This document shows positions 47,563 to 57,382 of a DNA stretch of 64,000 nt, piece after piece. The notes beneath the pieces were generated by a model. It was not told the origin of the DNA. It did not search any database and saw nothing but the letters and a program-made list of their open reading frames with translations. The first letter of the stretch is position 1; the number at the start of each line of letters is the position of its first letter. Source of the DNA: a virus; IMG/VR virus record IMGVR_UViG_3300010885_039212, positions 1-64,000 of that record; one strand, given 5' to 3'. The translations under genes were made by a program, and so were the position numbers.

Positions 47563-47738
47563 AATCATTAATAATTTTTGCTATGAGTTTAGTTCTTTTA
47601 ACGTCTAATGCAATCGCAGCAGATAAGAAAGATACCAAGAAAGAAAAATGCGTTCCTTCTAAAGAAGTTGTTTGTAAGGATTCACTAAAAGGTAAAGAGC
47701 GTCCTACACCAAAGAAGAAAACAGAAGAAGCTAAATAA
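47559..47738 (+). CDS. small secreted Lys-rich protein (59 aa; not in ORF track)
   Basis: Signal peptide ending AIA. Confidence 0.55.
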   Translation: MKSLIIFAMSLVLLTSNAIAADKKDTKKEKCVPSKEVVCKDSLKGKERPTPKKKTEEAK

Positions 47739-47799
47739 TAGAGGGTTGGTGAACCCTACAAAATCACTATTTTACACAACACACAAAAAGGAGTAAATT

Positions 47800-48075
47800 A
47801 TGTCAAACTTGACACCATTCGAGATTCGCCTAGAATTATTAAAAATGGCGAAAGACATGCTTAACGATGATTATTACGGTAAGCGTGAACAAATTAGCAA
47901 CGACTGGTCTACAAAAGTCGAATCTGCTAAAATCAATGGAGGCACGATCCCAGATCATCCTGGATTCCCTGCTATCCCATCCGAACTCGATATCATTGCA
48001 AAGGCGCAAGTCTTAAATGGTTTCGTTTCAAACGTCCCCTCTACAATAGAAAAGACTAGCAAAAAGTCCACCTAA
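47800..48075 (+). CDS. conserved phage hypothetical protein
   Basis: PFEIRLELLKMAKD; AAGGAG RBS. Confidence 0.7.
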   Translation: MSNLTPFEIRLELLKMAKDMLNDDYYGKREQISNDWSTKVESAKINGGTIPDHPGFPAIPSELDIIAKAQVLNGFVSNVPSTIEKTSKKST

Positions 48076-48129
48076 CGGGATCGGAAGGTGTGTGTGCGAA
48101 CACACACCTTCTTTAACTAAAGGAGAAAC

Positions 48130-48642
48130 ATGCGAGTATATTTAAATACTTTTTTGATTATCATTGCGATGGTATGTATTACTATCTTCGTCACAACGAA
48201 ACCACAAGAAACAAAATTGTTTAATGTCAAATACAAAGAATTAACAGCTGAAGCAAGAAAACAAGTAGATTGCTTGGCAGACAACATTTATTATGAAGCA
48301 GGTTATGAACCAGATGATGGTAAACTTGCAGTTGCCCTTGTAACAATTAATAGAACGCAAGATCCAAGATTCCCAAAAGATATTTGCTCTGTAGTAAAAC
48401 AAAAGGTAAACTTACTGTGTCAGTTCTCTTGGTTTTGTGAAGGTATAAAAACCAAGAAACATGATGTTTATGCGAAATCAAAAGAGATCGCAATATTCAC
48501 TTATGTTAATTATGAGATGCTTGACGATATAACAAATGGAGCGTTATATTTCCATGCGGATTATATTAACCCAAATTGGAAACTGAAGAAGACCAAAGTT
48601 ATTGGTCGACATATATTTTATAAAGAAGGAAGAAACATCTAA
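48130..48642 (+). CDS. cell wall hydrolase (SleB/Hydrolase_2)
   Basis: CLADNIYYEA, CQFSW, FHADY, IGRHIFY. Confidence 0.9.
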   Translation: MRVYLNTFLIIIAMVCITIFVTTKPQETKLFNVKYKELTAEARKQVDCLADNIYYEAGYEPDDGKLAVALVTINRTQDPRFPKDICSVVKQKVNLLCQFSWFCEGIKTKKHDVYAKSKEIAIFTYVNYEMLDDITNGALYFHADYINPNWKLKKTKVIGRHIFYKEGRNI

Positions 48643-49202
48643 TGATGCAAAAATTAAACCTCCAATTGAATGAGACATCAGACTCTCGTCATTCGTTCTT
48701 TCTATTGATGGAGGAAATTACTCTTGCTGCATGCAAGCAAGCAGTTGAATGGGTGTTTGAAGCAAACTTTGCTGAAGAACGTCCAGATATGTTGAATATG
48801 ATTATCACTACTCCTGGTGGTGATTTGAATGCAGCATTTGCTTTAGTTGATACCATGCGTGGTTCTGCAATTCCGATTCGAACAATTGGTCTTGGTCAGA
48901 TTGCTTCAGCTGGATTGATGATTTTTATTGCTGGTGCCACAGGGCAACGTATTCTTACACCGAATACTTCTATCTTGTCACATCAGTATTCTTGGGGTGC
49001 GTTTGGAAAAGAACATGAATTGTTTGCTCAAATTAAAGAGTTTGACTTGACCACTAAACGCATGATTGCTCATTACAAAAAGTGCACTGGCTTGAAGGAA
49101 GACCAAATTAGAGAGTATCTACTTCCACCTCAAGATATTTGGCTAAGTGCAGCAGAATCTAAAAAGTTAGGACTATGCGATGACGTTAAAGACCTTAGGT
49201 AA
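48642..49202 (+). CDS. clpP: ClpP-like protease
   Basis: TPGG, GQIASAG (Ser), SHQ (His), QDIWLSAAE (Asp). Confidence 0.85.
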   Translation: MMQKLNLQLNETSDSRHSFFLLMEEITLAACKQAVEWVFEANFAEERPDMLNMIITTPGGDLNAAFALVDTMRGSAIPIRTIGLGQIASAGLMIFIAGATGQRILTPNTSILSHQYSWGAFGKEHELFAQIKEFDLTTKRMIAHYKKCTGLKEDQIREYLLPPQDIWLSAAESKKLGLCDDVKDLR

Positions 49203-49364
49203 TTATGTACGTTACTCTGGTATATGGGTTAGTTTTGCACTAAATCCATTTCACTGGAGATTTTCGTTCGAGTTTATGCAACCAGATGAGATAAATCCTG
49301 CAATGCGTGGATTTTTTGTTTCGATTGCACCTGTTTCAATTCGACTCGTTATAGATGATGGATC

Positions 49365-49604
49365 ATGGTGAGGAAAATATATATGGATAAACCTTTAGAC
49401 AAAAACCTTCTTGCAATTTTAATTAGTTGCGTATTAATACTAGTTACTGGATTTGGATGTTTAACTTATTACAAATTAAACGAATTGCAATCTATGAAAT
49501 CCAATATTGAATCTGCAATTGTCAAAGGTGTAGACCCTCTCTCAGTTCGTTGTTCTTACGACTCCAGTAGTACTGTATGTTCTATCTACGCCAGCAGAAA
49601 ATAA
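49365..49604 (+). CDS. small membrane protein
   Basis: One TM, GVDPLSVRC. Confidence 0.55.
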   Translation: MVRKIYMDKPLDKNLLAILISCVLILVTGFGCLTYYKLNELQSMKSNIESAIVKGVDPLSVRCSYDSSSTVCSIYASRK

Positions 49605-49657
49605 CCTTACTTCCAGTAAGGTTTTCGCTTTACTTTTATTCAAAAATGAGGTATAAT
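49604..49657 (+). promoter_or_regulatory. early sigma70 promoter with perfect upstream palindrome
   Basis: ACCTTAC-N5-GTAAGGT; TTTACT(49629)-17-TATAAT(49652). Confidence 0.85.
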
Positions 49658-49667
49658 TATATTATCG

Positions 49668-50027
49668 ATGAAAGGATTTATGATGCAAATGATACATACT
49701 TCGTTCAAGAAAGTAAAGAAGCATAAGCCAAATGCAAAACAGCGTGAGTTAGATAGTTCGTGGCAAGACTTACTAAAGAAGTATCCTGCAAAGAGTTTTT
49801 CTGATAACAAGAAAGACCTCAGTAGCGTATACTCACTTGGAAAAAGTGCTCGTGGTGACACGCCTAGGATTCCGAGTTTACCATTTACTGGAGCACCTTG
49901 TACGAAAGCACCAGATAAAGTTTATACAGGAACTATGATGAAGGGTATTGGTACGATGCATAAATCAAATGCAGTTCCAATTTTTAGTGATGAAGAAGCG
50001 ATTGCTATAGCAAACATGCGGAGATAA
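49668..50027 (+). CDS. conserved T4-like hypothetical protein
   Basis: YTG...GIGTMHKSNAVP. Confidence 0.7.
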   Translation: MKGFMMQMIHTSFKKVKKHKPNAKQRELDSSWQDLLKKYPAKSFSDNKKDLSSVYSLGKSARGDTPRIPSLPFTGAPCTKAPDKVYTGTMMKGIGTMHKSNAVPIFSDEEAIAIANMRR

Positions 50028-50030
50028 ATA

Positions 50031-50297
50031 ATGAATCAATATTATGGTAAAATGTCAGAGTGCGCAACTTATAGAGATATTAATGGTATTAATGAAATAT
50101 ATCAAAACCTTGTAATGGATCGTATGCGTATGGATAAATTTTTCAGTATGTATCTTGATAAAGTTGGTGATAAGATGGATCCTGAATTTACGGACACACC
50201 AGTCTGGAAACTTTACAGAAAGAAATTAAAAGAATATGGCGAAGTTGAGCAAGCCATTAAAGTTGCTCAATATTATCTAAAGAAAAGTTATGTTTAA
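50031..50297 (+). CDS. hypothetical protein
   Basis: 88 aa ORF. Confidence 0.55.
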   Translation: MNQYYGKMSECATYRDINGINEIYQNLVMDRMRMDKFFSMYLDKVGDKMDPEFTDTPVWKLYRKKLKEYGEVEQAIKVAQYYLKKSYV

Positions 50298-50505
50298 AAA
50301 TTCAAACGAATTCTCTTTACACATCGAGCAGTTAGTCCAAGAAAAGCGTCTAAATTATATGGATGCAGTTCTTGATTATTGTCAAGAAAACTCTCTTGAA
50401 CCTTCTGATATTTCAAAACTAATTAATAAATCTCTTAAGGATAAACTTGAGATGAACTTTCGTGAATTAAATTACTTACCTAAGCAGGCACAGCTGGATG
50501 TTTAA
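50290..50505 (+). CDS. 33: late transcription coactivator (gp33)
   Basis: FSLHIE...YMDAVLDYC...LKDKLE; position before 59 and 32. Confidence 0.85.
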   Translation: MFKNSNEFSLHIEQLVQEKRLNYMDAVLDYCQENSLEPSDISKLINKSLKDKLEMNFRELNYLPKQAQLDV

Positions 50506-51119
50506 TGGACGGATTTAAGGCATATAAATATTATATTGCAATTAAATTACACTTCACAAAAGATTCCTTTGATGTATTTAAGAATCGTGGTTCTGTAAAG
50601 GGAACTCGTGAAGCATTTAATGCAAGAAACGATCGTTATATTTTTGAGAAGTTAGCACGTAAATATCCAGTGGACAAAGATTTGATTCAATTTTATGTTG
50701 CTAACTTTGCATATGGTAATGATGGAATGATTTATTCAATTGAGGAAGCAGAATCATATTTGTTAGAATGGAACAAACGTAAGCAGTCTATTACAAAAAT
50801 CTTTGCAGATGATCTTAACAAGATTTTGATGGATGCTTACAAACGCAAGATTAAAGAAACATCAATAATAAATTTTACTTTAAATCAATATCCGAGTATA
50901 CTTAACCTATACCTTGGAAAACAAATTGGGATTGAAACTCTTAGGATTTTAGATGACGTAGCGAACTTAATCGAACCATGGAAACAAAACACTTCGATGA
51001 CTTTACTTTGGGAAAATGAAATCCGTAAAGTTGAAAAGTCAAAAGGTTTTGTTAAATACGATAAAGAAAAGATAATGTCATCTTATTTGGAATTCAAGGA
51101 AGAAGTTAAAGAGTTATAA
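50505..51119 (+). CDS. 59: helicase loader (gp59)
   Basis: YKYYIAIKLHFT, RNDRYIFEKL; synteny. Confidence 0.85.
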   Translation: MDGFKAYKYYIAIKLHFTKDSFDVFKNRGSVKGTREAFNARNDRYIFEKLARKYPVDKDLIQFYVANFAYGNDGMIYSIEEAESYLLEWNKRKQSITKIFADDLNKILMDAYKRKIKETSIINFTLNQYPSILNLYLGKQIGIETLRILDDVANLIEPWKQNTSMTLLWENEIRKVEKSKGFVKYDKEKIMSSYLEFKEEVKEL

Positions 51120-51120
51120 T

Positions 51121-51339
51121 ATGGGCAAGACTTACCATAAAAATCAAAATAAATTTGATGAAGAAATTTCCAGCCAGCGTTCTGGGAAACACAGTAAACA
51201 TTCCAATGGAAAGAAAACTGGGGGTATGAAAACGCTAAATAGTTATGTTGAAGAAGATTATGACGATGACTCATTTGACGATGAGTTTGAACTTAATGAT
51301 GAAATCACTATTCAACATATACAAAACGATACACCGTAA
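51121..51339 (+). CDS. hypothetical protein (basic then acidic)
   Basis: 72 aa ORF. Confidence 0.55.
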   Translation: MGKTYHKNQNKFDEEISSQRSGKHSKHSNGKKTGGMKTLNSYVEEDYDDDSFDDEFELNDEITIQHIQNDTP

Positions 51340-51365
51340 ATACAACTTATATAAGGAAAATACAA

Positions 51366-52280
51366 ATGGATATTCAAACACTTCGCAAAATGCGTTCTTC
51401 TGACTTCGGCAAAATCGCTGGAGAGTTCGAGAAAATCGCTAATCCCCAAACCAATACCAAGTCTTATGTCGATGATCGCTTCTGGAAACTTGAAGGCGAC
51501 AAGGCAGGAAATGGAACAGCCACACTTCGTTTTCTACCACGTGTAGAAGGTGATGAGTTACCATGGGTTCGTATCTTTTCTCATGGCTTCCAAGGACCAA
51601 CTGGTAAGTGGTATATTGAAAACTCACTCACTACTCTTGGTGAGAATGATCCTGTTGGTGAACTTAATTCACGTTTGTGGAACTCTGGTTCTGAAGCCAA
51701 CAAGAAAATTGCACAGGCGCAAAAGCGTCGCTTATCTTTTATTGCCAATGTTTTAATCGTTTCTGATCCAAAGCATCCTGAAAATGAAGGACAAGTTAAA
51801 CTGTTTAAGTTTGGTAAGAAAATCTTTGATAAGATCATGGATAAGGCTCGCCCAACTTATGATGATGAAAATCCAGTGAATGTGTTTGATCTTTGGGAAG
51901 GTGCTAACTTCAAATTACGCATGCGTAAGAAAGATGGTTACACTAACTATGATGAATCTTCTTTTCAAGATCCAACTCCAGTCACTGAAGATGAAGAAAA
52001 AATGTTGGGTTTTGTAAATGCTCAGCATAAATTGTCTGAATTCACTGATCGTAAGAATTTCAAATCTTATGATGAGTTGAAGAAAAAACTTGAAGAAGTT
52101 CTTTCTGGCGATTCATTCTCTGCTAAATCTGCTGCGGAGATTGCTGAAGAAGAAGATCGTCCTGTTGCTGCAGCACCACAGATTAAATCTGTACCTGCTC
52201 CAAAAGCAAAGGAAGTTTCTTTAGATGAAGATGATGAAGACGTTATGTCTTATTTTAAGAAAATTGCTCAAGAGAATTGA
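51366..52280 (+). CDS. 32: single-stranded DNA-binding protein (gp32)
   Basis: DDRFWK, HGFQGPTGKWYIENS, FGKKIFDK, acidic tail. Confidence 0.95.
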   Translation: MDIQTLRKMRSSDFGKIAGEFEKIANPQTNTKSYVDDRFWKLEGDKAGNGTATLRFLPRVEGDELPWVRIFSHGFQGPTGKWYIENSLTTLGENDPVGELNSRLWNSGSEANKKIAQAQKRRLSFIANVLIVSDPKHPENEGQVKLFKFGKKIFDKIMDKARPTYDDENPVNVFDLWEGANFKLRMRKKDGYTNYDESSFQDPTPVTEDEEKMLGFVNAQHKLSEFTDRKNFKSYDELKKKLEEVLSGDSFSAKSAAEIAEEEDRPVAAAPQIKSVPAPKAKEVSLDEDDEDVMSYFKKIAQEN

Positions 52281-52297
52281 TTGAGTAATACTTAAAG

Positions 52298-52325
52298 GAA
52301 AGCCACCTTTGCGGTGGCTTTTTTC
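52298..52325. terminator. bidirectional intrinsic terminator between convergent blocks
   Basis: AAAGCCACC-loop-GGTGGCTTTTTT. Confidence 0.85.
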
Positions 52326-52328
52326 ATT

Positions 52329-54761
52329 TTAGTATGCTGCGTATCGAGTACCAATATACTTGTTAAGTGTTGAATCTTCATTCTTAAATGGAGATCTCAT
52401 TATAGTAGATTGATTAGTGTTGTTGTTAACTGTAGTTGGTGCGTTCAGAATAGCGTTGGTGTTACCACCTTTATTTGCCATATCTTCTTTTGCACCAACA
52501 ACTTCAGTTGACTTACCAGCAATAATATTACCAGATGATGGTGTTGGAGTTATAGCATTTGCTTTAGAGTTATCAACAGTAGCACCACCAGCTAATTGTT
52601 TATTATACTGCTGCATTATTTCTGCAGGATACTTATTTCCCATAGACAAGGACATAGCCATAACTGCCATCTGTTTACCAGATAATGGTTGTCCAGGAAC
52701 TACTTTTTCACCAGCAATTTGAGTATATTCTTCTTTTGAACCAGTAGATTTTATTGGTGATGTAGATGCAGGAGATGCTCCACTATCAACTCTTCTTGGA
52801 TCTTTCGCAGCAAACTCAGCTGAACCTTGTCCTGCGCCAGCAGTACTATTTCCAGCAGCAATAGGTTTCGTTTCAGCTTTTCCAAACGGATAGAATGGAC
52901 CAACAGAAACTTTCTGATTAACTACTGGTATCGTAAATCCAATTTCTGGTATACTAATACTTTGTAGCATACCAATAATACTGGCACCCATACCTTTAAA
53001 GAAATCGGTTACTGGTTTAAATACTTCTCCAATTTTACTAAATGCACCAGTTACAAGAGTACCTAATTCTTTTAGACTATTGATTGGATGCATTATCAAG
53101 TCTTGAATTTTCTGTGGGATAAACATTATCATATCCACAAAATCATCAAAAATCTTTTCAAATGAGAATGAATCTAAAAACTTTTCTATGTTTTTAAATC
53201 CAAGCGCACCAGCTACCCAAGAGACAGCACCTTTAATCATATCAGCTACGCCAAAGATTAAAGAATCAAACAACCCTTTAATTGCGCCACCGATTGCACC
53301 AACTAAACCACCTTCTTCAAATCCTTTGAACGCACCTTTAACGGTATCCCAAACTGTCATAATAATAGTAAGTGGTAGAAATAGTTTCTCAGCAATAACT
53401 GCAACTTTACCAATATATTTACCAAATTTAGAAACATATTCAGATATCCCAGTAAACATTTTGCTTAGGAATTCTGAACCACCGATTAATCCCTTTAAAG
53501 TATCATAGGCTACAACAAATGGTTTTGTTAATTTAGCAATACCATCTTTAAAACCTTCAATAACTTTTCCGATTCTTGACTCTTCTCCAAACGAGAACAG
53601 ACTTTTAATTTTGGTTCCTATCTCTTCAAAGAATTTACCGATCGATGCAAACTTTTCACCTATAAATTTTCTAAGTGATTCTGGAACTAATGTTTCAAAA
53701 AATAATTTAATTGTTTTGACCCATGCTCTAGCAAAACCAATCAGACCACCGATCAATCCACCAATAACTAGTCCTAGTCCACCTAAACCACCTTCTTCTT
53801 CTGGTTTCTGTGGACTTTTAAATTTGTCTTTACCACCAGTATTTTCTGCAATACGTTTTAGAAGTTCAGTTTGTTCTTCTTCTCTTCTAATTGCTTCAAG
53901 TTCAAGTTCATCAGTTTTTATAGCTGGGTTTGCAGCTTTAATAACGGATAGTGGCGTATTTCCTATAGGAACTATTTTTTTATTTACATTAATATTTTCA
54001 TTAACATTAGTAGCATTAACTCGATTTAAATTCGTACTAGATTCATTAGTAGCATTAACTTGTTTTTTATTAGATTCATTAGTAGTATTTAAATGTTGCT
54101 GAACTCTATAATCTATTTTAGATAATTTGTTTACTTCTGAATTTCTATTTTCAAGAAGAGTTTTACCATGAATCGTTTTAGAAAGTTGTTCTTCAGAGAT
54201 TCCTAGTTTAGTGTATTTACCAATTTCTTTTTCATTATGAGTGATATTCTTTTCATGCTCTTTAATCTGAGTTAATTTATTTCTGGCTTCTTGCTCAGAA
54301 GTACCAGACAGTTTCATATCACCTTTAATAAAGGTTTTATCGGCTTCTCTACGTTTAAGAGCATTATCAAAAACTCCACCGCCACCTTTTTTAACAACGC
54401 CCATTGTATCAAGAACATTACGTAGCGAACCAAATTTAGCATCGAACTTTGCTCTAATAGATTCACCAACAGTTCCAGGTGCTTTATCCTGAACCATTTT
54501 AGCGATATTTTTTGAGGATTCTTTTGTTAGCTCAATTAAATCTTTAATGTTAGTGCTAACTTCTTTGGTTGCCTTTAACTGGTCGTTATCTACAACTTTT
54601 TGTTCTTTAACTTCTTTAAATGAATCTTCATCAAGTTTTCTTGATAATTCTGTCAATGTTTTAATTGCAGATAATTGAGTTAAAGATTGTTGTTGTATTT
54701 CCAGAAGTTTTTTAAACTCGCTGGAACTTACATTAACGACATAGTTTGTATTTTTTGCCAT
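52329..54761 (-). CDS. tape-measure/baseplate hub-like protein (gp29-like)
   Basis: 810 aa helical amphipathic repeats; downstream of gp26/gp51. Confidence 0.6.
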   Translation of the reverse strand: MAKNTNYVVNVSSSEFKKLLEIQQQSLTQLSAIKTLTELSRKLDEDSFKEVKEQKVVDNDQLKATKEVSTNIKDLIELTKESSKNIAKMVQDKAPGTVGESIRAKFDAKFGSLRNVLDTMGVVKKGGGGVFDNALKRREADKTFIKGDMKLSGTSEQEARNKLTQIKEHEKNITHNEKEIGKYTKLGISEEQLSKTIHGKTLLENRNSEVNKLSKIDYRVQQHLNTTNESNKKQVNATNESSTNLNRVNATNVNENINVNKKIVPIGNTPLSVIKAANPAIKTDELELEAIRREEEQTELLKRIAENTGGKDKFKSPQKPEEEGGLGGLGLVIGGLIGGLIGFARAWVKTIKLFFETLVPESLRKFIGEKFASIGKFFEEIGTKIKSLFSFGEESRIGKVIEGFKDGIAKLTKPFVVAYDTLKGLIGGSEFLSKMFTGISEYVSKFGKYIGKVAVIAEKLFLPLTIIMTVWDTVKGAFKGFEEGGLVGAIGGAIKGLFDSLIFGVADMIKGAVSWVAGALGFKNIEKFLDSFSFEKIFDDFVDMIMFIPQKIQDLIMHPINSLKELGTLVTGAFSKIGEVFKPVTDFFKGMGASIIGMLQSISIPEIGFTIPVVNQKVSVGPFYPFGKAETKPIAAGNSTAGAGQGSAEFAAKDPRRVDSGASPASTSPIKSTGSKEEYTQIAGEKVVPGQPLSGKQMAVMAMSLSMGNKYPAEIMQQYNKQLAGGATVDNSKANAITPTPSSGNIIAGKSTEVVGAKEDMANKGGNTNAILNAPTTVNNNTNQSTIMRSPFKNEDSTLNKYIGTRYAAY

Positions 54762-54762
54762 T

Positions 54763-54948
54763 TTAATTTTTCTTAGATTCTAATCGTTGTTTTTCTTCTT
54801 CTAGATACTGAACCAACATACTAATATAAATTTCTCTCTCAAATGGGATCATATTATTCAATTCATCCAATGAGTATTTGTGATATTGCATTAATGCAAA
54901 ATTCATTTTATAGTGATTGAATAAAGAATCATGTGAGAGATTCATCAA
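54763..54948 (-). CDS. 51: baseplate hub assembly protein (gp51-like)
   Basis: NFALMQYHKYSL...MIPFEREIY. Confidence 0.75.
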   Translation of the reverse strand: MMNLSHDSLFNHYKMNFALMQYHKYSLDELNNMIPFEREIYISMLVQYLEEEKQRLESKKN

Positions 54949-55658
54949 AAAAAACTGTCAAGTCCCTCCAAAACTTTATTATGATCACGAGAGCACATAG
55001 GGCACTTATATTGTACCTTCTGACTTAAACGTGGCATAGTTTCAAAAAAGTTTTGAATTTTTGCGAACTGTTGAGATGTTAAATTCTCAAGGAATTCCAT
55101 AATGTCTTTTTTACTGGTTTCTTTTGCATGGAACAATTCAGTATCATTGTAAATTGTTTCGATTGATGCTGAAATGACATTAAACACTGAATCTACATTA
55201 CTCATATCCAGCGTTTCTAATTCTTTAATAACATTGATAGAAGGATATTTCATTATTACACCCACATTCTCAAATAATTGAATGTTCTTAGTGTGTCCTT
55301 CTGGGAAATCTACGTTGATTTTGGTTAGATCAAATGTTATTTTAACTCTTGCTTTTTCGTCTTCACAAACATCGCAAGGGAATAGTAACTCAACATTTTC
55401 TCCAACTGACTTGGCTCTAATTTGCGTGAATAGATATTCTAGATCAAATGTTGCAAGACTATCTGGATCAACTTTATCCATCGTGCAAGACTTAATAATA
55501 TCTTTTAATGTGTCGACCATTACGACCTGATCCTCGCTATGCTGAGCAATCAAAAGAGCTTTTTCTTCTTTGACCAAGAATGGTCTAAATTTAATTGATT
55601 CCTTGGATGAAGGAATCGTTACTGAGTATACTGGTGCGGTGTTAATTGGTAAAGCCAT
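54945..55658 (-). CDS. 26: baseplate hub subunit (gp26)
   Basis: FRPFLVKEEK, IRAKSVGE, CPMC, GLDSFF. Confidence 0.88.
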   Translation of the reverse strand: MALPINTAPVYSVTIPSSKESIKFRPFLVKEEKALLIAQHSEDQVVMVDTLKDIIKSCTMDKVDPDSLATFDLEYLFTQIRAKSVGENVELLFPCDVCEDEKARVKITFDLTKINVDFPEGHTKNIQLFENVGVIMKYPSINVIKELETLDMSNVDSVFNVISASIETIYNDTELFHAKETSKKDIMEFLENLTSQQFAKIQNFFETMPRLSQKVQYKCPMCSRDHNKVLEGLDSFF

Positions 55659-55662
55659 AATT

Positions 55663-56079
55663 TTATTCTCCTAATTTCAGTTTCTTAATCATCTTGTTCA
55701 ATTCAGATGTGCTACCTACAAAGATAGCATTATTTGTAACTTTCTGGGTATTTTCTTTTGGTCCATCAAGTTTTGCTTTTTGCTGATGTATATCCATTAG
55801 TTGTTGGTTTACATCAGCGAGTTGCTTCATTAGATTACCCACGACCTCATAGGCACGTGGGTGTTCAGATTGTTTTGCCACTTCTAAGGCAGAATATAAA
55901 GCATTCTGCCCAGTGACCAATAATTCACGAAGATTGTCTCTGGCTGTGTCATAGTCAGAGGTAATTTTCTCCTCAGGAGTTTTTAGTATTTCTCCTGTGG
56001 AGTTATCAATCACTTCACGTGTAGTAGTCTCTAACTTTACAGTGTCAAAGACTTCTGATAATCTATCATCAATTTTCAT
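55663..56079 (-). CDS. 16: terminase small subunit (gp16)
   Basis: DYDTARDNL, EHPRAYEV, NNAIFVGST. Confidence 0.88.
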   Translation of the reverse strand: MKIDDRLSEVFDTVKLETTTREVIDNSTGEILKTPEEKITSDYDTARDNLRELLVTGQNALYSALEVAKQSEHPRAYEVVGNLMKQLADVNQQLMDIHQQKAKLDGPKENTQKVTNNAIFVGSTSELNKMIKKLKLGE

Positions 56080-56080
56080 A

Positions 56081-56632
56081 TTAATCGTTTCTTGTATTTC
56101 TAGTTGGAGGATCAGACGAATCTAATCCAGAACCAAAACCTGATACACTTGGAGTCGGTTTATTTATTGTCGTTGTTGCAGGTACGCTTCCAAAGCCACC
56201 TCCGCCAAAGCCACTTGATGGAGCTGACGCTGATCCAAAACTAGGTGCTGGTGTTGATATTGGTGTATTAAAACCGCTGGTGGATGCCTGTCCGCTTGAT
56301 GGCGGAGGCGTATATGTTGTTCCGAAATTTGATGGTGCAGATATTCCGCCATTGTTAGCTCCTGCTAATTTTTCTTGAGTACGACCCATTGCAGCGATAC
56401 CAAGAACAGCACCCATGGCGACATGGAATAATCCAGCACCTTGAAGTGTTAATGGTTGCCATTGACTTGTTACTTGCCCATGACTAACTGATTGTAAAAG
56501 GCTCCATAAAATTGGAAATACAACAAAATCAAATGCACAGACTCCCATATATAACCAGCCCATCATTGGACGCCATTTGCTGTTCATCCAATCTTCTTTT
56601 TTCTTTTCGCTTGCGTTTATTTCTTCTGCCAT
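56081..56632 (-). CDS. holin-like membrane protein with Ser/Gly/Pro-rich tail
   Basis: WRPMMGW, MGAVLG, GRTQEK. Confidence 0.6.
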   Translation of the reverse strand: MAEEINASEKKKEDWMNSKWRPMMGWLYMGVCAFDFVVFPILWSLLQSVSHGQVTSQWQPLTLQGAGLFHVAMGAVLGIAAMGRTQEKLAGANNGGISAPSNFGTTYTPPPSSGQASTSGFNTPISTPAPSFGSASAPSSGFGGGGFGSVPATTTINKPTPSVSGFGSGLDSSDPPTRNTRND

Positions 56633-56656
56633 GATACTTCCTTTATAATTATTGTT

Positions 56657-57382
56657 TTACCAGAATCCGCCAAACCCAGAGTTATCACCCATTGGATTTC
56701 CATAACCATAATTTGTTACTGCACCAAAAAACGAACTTGCAACAGATGTACCAAATGCTACAGCTGTTGTTACATTCTGGACCTCAGGTAAGAATTGATC
56801 TTGTGTAATTGTATATGTTGAATTTGTAGATTGTGGAAGTCTAACTGATGTGTCGGAAGTCCAATACTTATACATTAAACTAACTGTCATTTTCATAACA
56901 TCTTTTTGGTCATATCCAACTTGAACAGAACTAATTGATTTTGGATATGCTTCATATAGTGTAACAGTGTGAATCTCTTCATCTTGCATATTCTCAATAT
57001 TTATTTTCACTTGGTCGCTAATGTAATAATTGTAATATTGGAAATTTCTGGTTTTGCCGATTTGAATATTTTTAATCCATTCATCGAAAAGACCTTTTAT
57101 AATCATGTCTCCATCTACATAAAAACTAAATTGAACTGGGTCATAATTAAACTCATAAGGCATTTCTCGAACTTCACCAAAGGTTCTTATTTGAGTTGTA
57201 TTAACATTCAATCCAGGAATCTGAGCAGATTCACAAAATAGATGCATCTTTCTAAAATCATTGTCATTATAATTGCTAGTGTTTCGCATTACCAATGGGA
57301 ATGGTATTTCAATTGTATAACGATTAGATCTGGCTAATCCATTACTGTTTTGAACTTCTGCAACGAAATCTGTTATTTTCAT
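56657..57382 (-). CDS. baseplate-tail tube initiator (gp54-like)
   Basis: GLARSNRY, CESAQIPG, LYEAYP. Confidence 0.65.
   Translation of the reverse strand: MKITDFVAEVQNSNGLARSNRYTIEIPFPLVMRNTSNYNDNDFRKMHLFCESAQIPGLNVNTTQIRTFGEVREMPYEFNYDPVQFSFYVDGDMIIKGLFDEWIKNIQIGKTRNFQYYNYYISDQVKINIENMQDEEIHTVTLYEAYPKSISSVQVGYDQKDVMKMTVSLMYKYWTSDTSVRLPQSTNSTYTITQDQFLPEVQNVTTAVAFGTSVASSFFGAVTNYGYGNPMGDNSGFGGFW

Noticed and set aside
52417-54102. Plus-strand ORFs opposite the gp29-like gene
   Set aside because: Antisense shadows of a long coding sequence.
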